Notes under the pieces: generated by a model
Seen by the model: the letters and a program-made list of their open reading frames with translations, nothing else
Told to the model about the DNA's origin: nothing
Database searches by the model: none
Part shown: positions 61,781-64,000 of the stretch, one piece after another
Position numbering within the stretch: position 1 is the stretch's first letter
Layout of the letters: each line of letters opens with the position of its first letter
Source: a virus
Taxonomy: Duplodnaviria > Caudoviricetes
Strand: one strand, 5' to 3'
IMG/VR virus record: IMGVR_UViG_3300025000_000096
Coordinates: 649 to 64,648 of that record
DNA length: 64,000 nt
Translations under genes and position numbers: made by a program

Positions 61781-64000
61781 ATGACAATTTATGTAAGCGA
61801 CTCCTACACAGATACAGACGCAGTAGCCCTCCCATCCCATACACCGGAAACGGACGTACAAGCTGGCGGGTGGGTAGCTGTTAGTGGCTCCTACGGTGGT
61901 GTTGCCATCGTAGACTTTAATATTGCCTCGAACAAGGCAGCTGCCAACAACGCAGTAAACAACACCCCAGCCATAAACGTCATAGATGCTGGTGTCTACA
62001 ACTTGGAGATGCTGGCTACTGTCACATTTAGAAACCAGGTAACGTCTACACAGGATGAGGGGTTTTTCTTTCGCTATGTTGATCTGAGCAACTACTGGCG
62101 CCTGACATTTACATCGGACGGTACAGGCGGATTGGCCTTGGAAAAGGTCGTTTCTGGGGCAGTAACGCTGATTGATCGTTTCCACATGTCTGGTTTGGAG
62201 AACACAACGCACACTCTTCGACTGCGAGCAGATGGTAATGACTGCTGGGTTGGCATGGATTCCTTCTGGATTTGCATACCAGGCGTTTTGAGCACTGGAA
62301 CCAGCATAGACACTGCCACATACGCAGGCATTATTGGAAGTAGCCGATCAGGCAGCCATACCAGATTTGATAGCCTGGTTATCTCTTCTGTTACTGCGGA
62401 AACGAATGTGGACCCTGACAAGCTACTTTGGTACAGAGCGGACGATACCCAATACCTTATGACCACTGGGCTTGTTAGCCCTTCCGCCAGCGGAACAGAT
62501 GCTGTGGCCTTTGTATTAGACAGGACAAACCATGGACACGCTCTTTACCTGCCAAACACAACGACTGAAGCCCCAATCTGGCATTATGACGATGATGCTG
62601 GCTTGGACAATCGAGCCTACTCAGATGGAGACGGCAGCAACGACTCACTGGACCACTCCGATGTTAGCCTTAAGACATTTGTTGACAAGACTGTTGGCTG
62701 CTCCGTGTGCGCCGTATTTCGATATGTGTCTGATGCAGCTTTTGGGGATAGCCACCGGGACATTCTCCGTCTTTATGACTCTGGTAACACGGAAAGAGTT
62801 TCTATTTGGCAATTTGGGGGTGCTGGTGGGTATGGTGCTGCCGCATACGAAGTTCTGGTATCCCTTCAAGGTGTTCCGGCCTACTACTGGCCCACCGGCT
62901 GGTTGCCTGGTGCAGGGTCAAACGATTGGCACTTTGTAGGAATCAGCTTTGACGGGACAACCAAAGAGGTTAACCTAAACCTTGACGGCGTTCTTGTAGA
63001 CACTTCCACAATCACGAACACTTGGAACGCTGACCTTAAGCGTTTTACAATGCACTCAGGCGACGCTTACGAGTCCGACAGCCGGATAGCCGAAGTTAAG
63101 ATCTTTGACCGACCACTGACCGCTGCAGAGCTGAACAGCCAATACAACTACATGTTCTTGGGCCTTCCAGAGACAGTAGCTCCAACATTGGACTCAACAA
63201 TGCCTACGGCATACGACACCTTTGTAGGGGACTTGCTTGACCAGAAAACCCTGTCTCTTGCAGCGAACATAGATGACGTTGAGGCAACAATTCAGATCAT
63301 TGAAAATCTTGGTGATCTGGAAATGCCACAATACTTCTTTGTTGGTGGGGAGATTATCTACGCTGCTAATAAGAGTGGCGACACGTTAACTGGCTGTGTA
63401 CGAGGAGCGGAGGGGTCAACAGCTGCCAGCCACACAGCTGGGGATAAGCTGGATCTTGTAATTGCTGGTACCCACCTAACGCATGTACGTGACGCAGCAA
63501 TTGCCAGCCAATACTACCAGGGACTTGTGGGTTTGGATGCTGGAAAAGAAGCCAGCCCAGAAGCCGGAAATGCCTACTTTGCAACGGATACAAAGAGAGT
63601 GTACGTTTGCTTGACCGCTGGCGCATGGACGATTGTTGGTGGTAGGCAGGCCCACGACGAGTTAAGCAGCTTGTCAGCAGATGACCATACCCAGTATCAC
63701 ATAACCTCTCGGGCAGTTACCTGGCACGATGGACTGTCAGGAGACCATGTAACTGGTGGAGATGCTCACACCCACTCCCTTTATGGCGTTCGCAGAATAT
63801 CCGCAGGGGCTACTGCTGCAAAGCCCGCTGTACCGTCTTACATTGGCCAGGTGTTTTATGACACAACGACCAACGAGCTGTACATTGCAAAAGGAACATC
63901 CGGTGCAGGAGACTGGAAGAAGATTACAGGAGCACCGGCAGGGACAGTGGTTGCCTTTTTGGAGGCAGACATTACCACATACTATGCAGGAGCATGCCCG
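61781..64000 (+). CDS. lectin/LamG-domain tail fibre-like protein, truncated by window end
   Basis: ATG at 61781 after upstream TAG; frame open where spot-checked (MTIYVSDSYTDTD...; WHFVG..FD; IFDRPLT.AE; ADDHTQYH; GAPAGTVVAF); absent from ORF track, consistent with no stop in window. Confidence 0.75.
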   Translation, partial: MTIYVSDSYTDTDAVALPSHTPETDVQAGGWVAVSGSYGGVAIVDFNIASNKAAANNAVNNTPAINVIDAGVYNLEMLATVTFRNQVTSTQDEGFFFRYVDLSNYWRLTFTSDGTGGLALEKVVSGAVTLIDRFHMSGLENTTHTLRLRADGNDCWVGMDSFWICIPGVLSTGTSIDTATYAGIIGSSRSGSHTRFDSLVISSVTAETNVDPDKLLWYRADDTQYLMTTGLVSPSASGTDAVAFVLDRTNHGHALYLPNTTTEAPIWHYDDDAGLDNRAYSDGDGSNDSLDHSDVSLKTFVDKTVGCSVCAVFRYVSDAAFGDSHRDILRLYDSGNTERVSIWQFGGAGGYGAAAYEVLVSLQGVPAYYWPTGWLPGAGSNDWHFVGISFDGTTKEVNLNLDGVLVDTSTITNTWNADLKRFTMHSGDAYESDSRIAEVKIFDRPLTAAELNSQYNYMFLGLPETVAPTLDSTMPTAYDTFVGDLLDQKTLSLAANIDDVEATIQIIENLGDLEMPQYFFVGGEIIYAANKSGDTLTGCVRGAEGSTAASHTAGDKLDLVIAGTHLTHVRDAAIASQYYQGLVGLDAGKEASPEAGNAYFATDTKRVYVCLTAGAWTIVGGRQAHDELSSLSADDHTQYHITSRAVTWHDGLSGDHVTGGDAHTHSLYGVRRISAGATAAKPAVPSYIGQVFYDTTTNELYIAKGTSGAGDWKKITGAPAGTVVAFLEADITTYYAGACP

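Noticed and set aside
1-64000. Stop-codon reassignment as seen in some tRNA-rich large phages
   Set aside because: Core genes are full length in the standard code, all three stops are used, and no convincing suppressor tRNA was found
56448-64000. Diversity-generating retroelement acting on tail fibres
   Set aside because: No reverse transcriptase and no near-identical TR/VR pair; paralog similarity is at protein level only

Overview
This window is a 64-kb segment of a large tailed dsDNA phage, probably a siphovirus. The host is plausibly Chloroflexota/Anaerolineae; this is inferred from RecA sequence features and a PTAV-motif protein. It uses the standard genetic code. 1-14.3 kb holds small accessory ORFs and a minus-strand nucleotide/replication module (two MazG-like pyrophosphatases, macrodomain, PD-(D/E)XK nucleases, class II RNR, RusA, HNH, RNase H, SSB). 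14.4-17.6 kb holds the terminase genes. 17.6-31.3 kb is an unusually rich RNA island: about 35 tRNA genes plus 2 degenerate ones, a compact tmRNA, an ~810-nt GOLLD-like RNA, an ~380-nt pseudoknotted RNA and many structured spacers, interleaved with HNH endonucleases, a glycoside hydrolase and RecA. 31.3-64 kb holds portal, an inverted cassette of fibre/lectin genes, protease-scaffold, major capsid, neck, tail tube, a frameshifted chaperone, tape measure and tail tip/fibre genes. The most striking observation is three circularly permuted tRNA-like RNAs (closing stem, T-arm, loop-closed acceptor stem, extra arm) placed between tRNA genes at 23.6-24.3 kb. Homing endonucleases that appear to have supplied replacement ends for their neighbouring genes are also notable. 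All RNA structures were read by eye and no searches were run.
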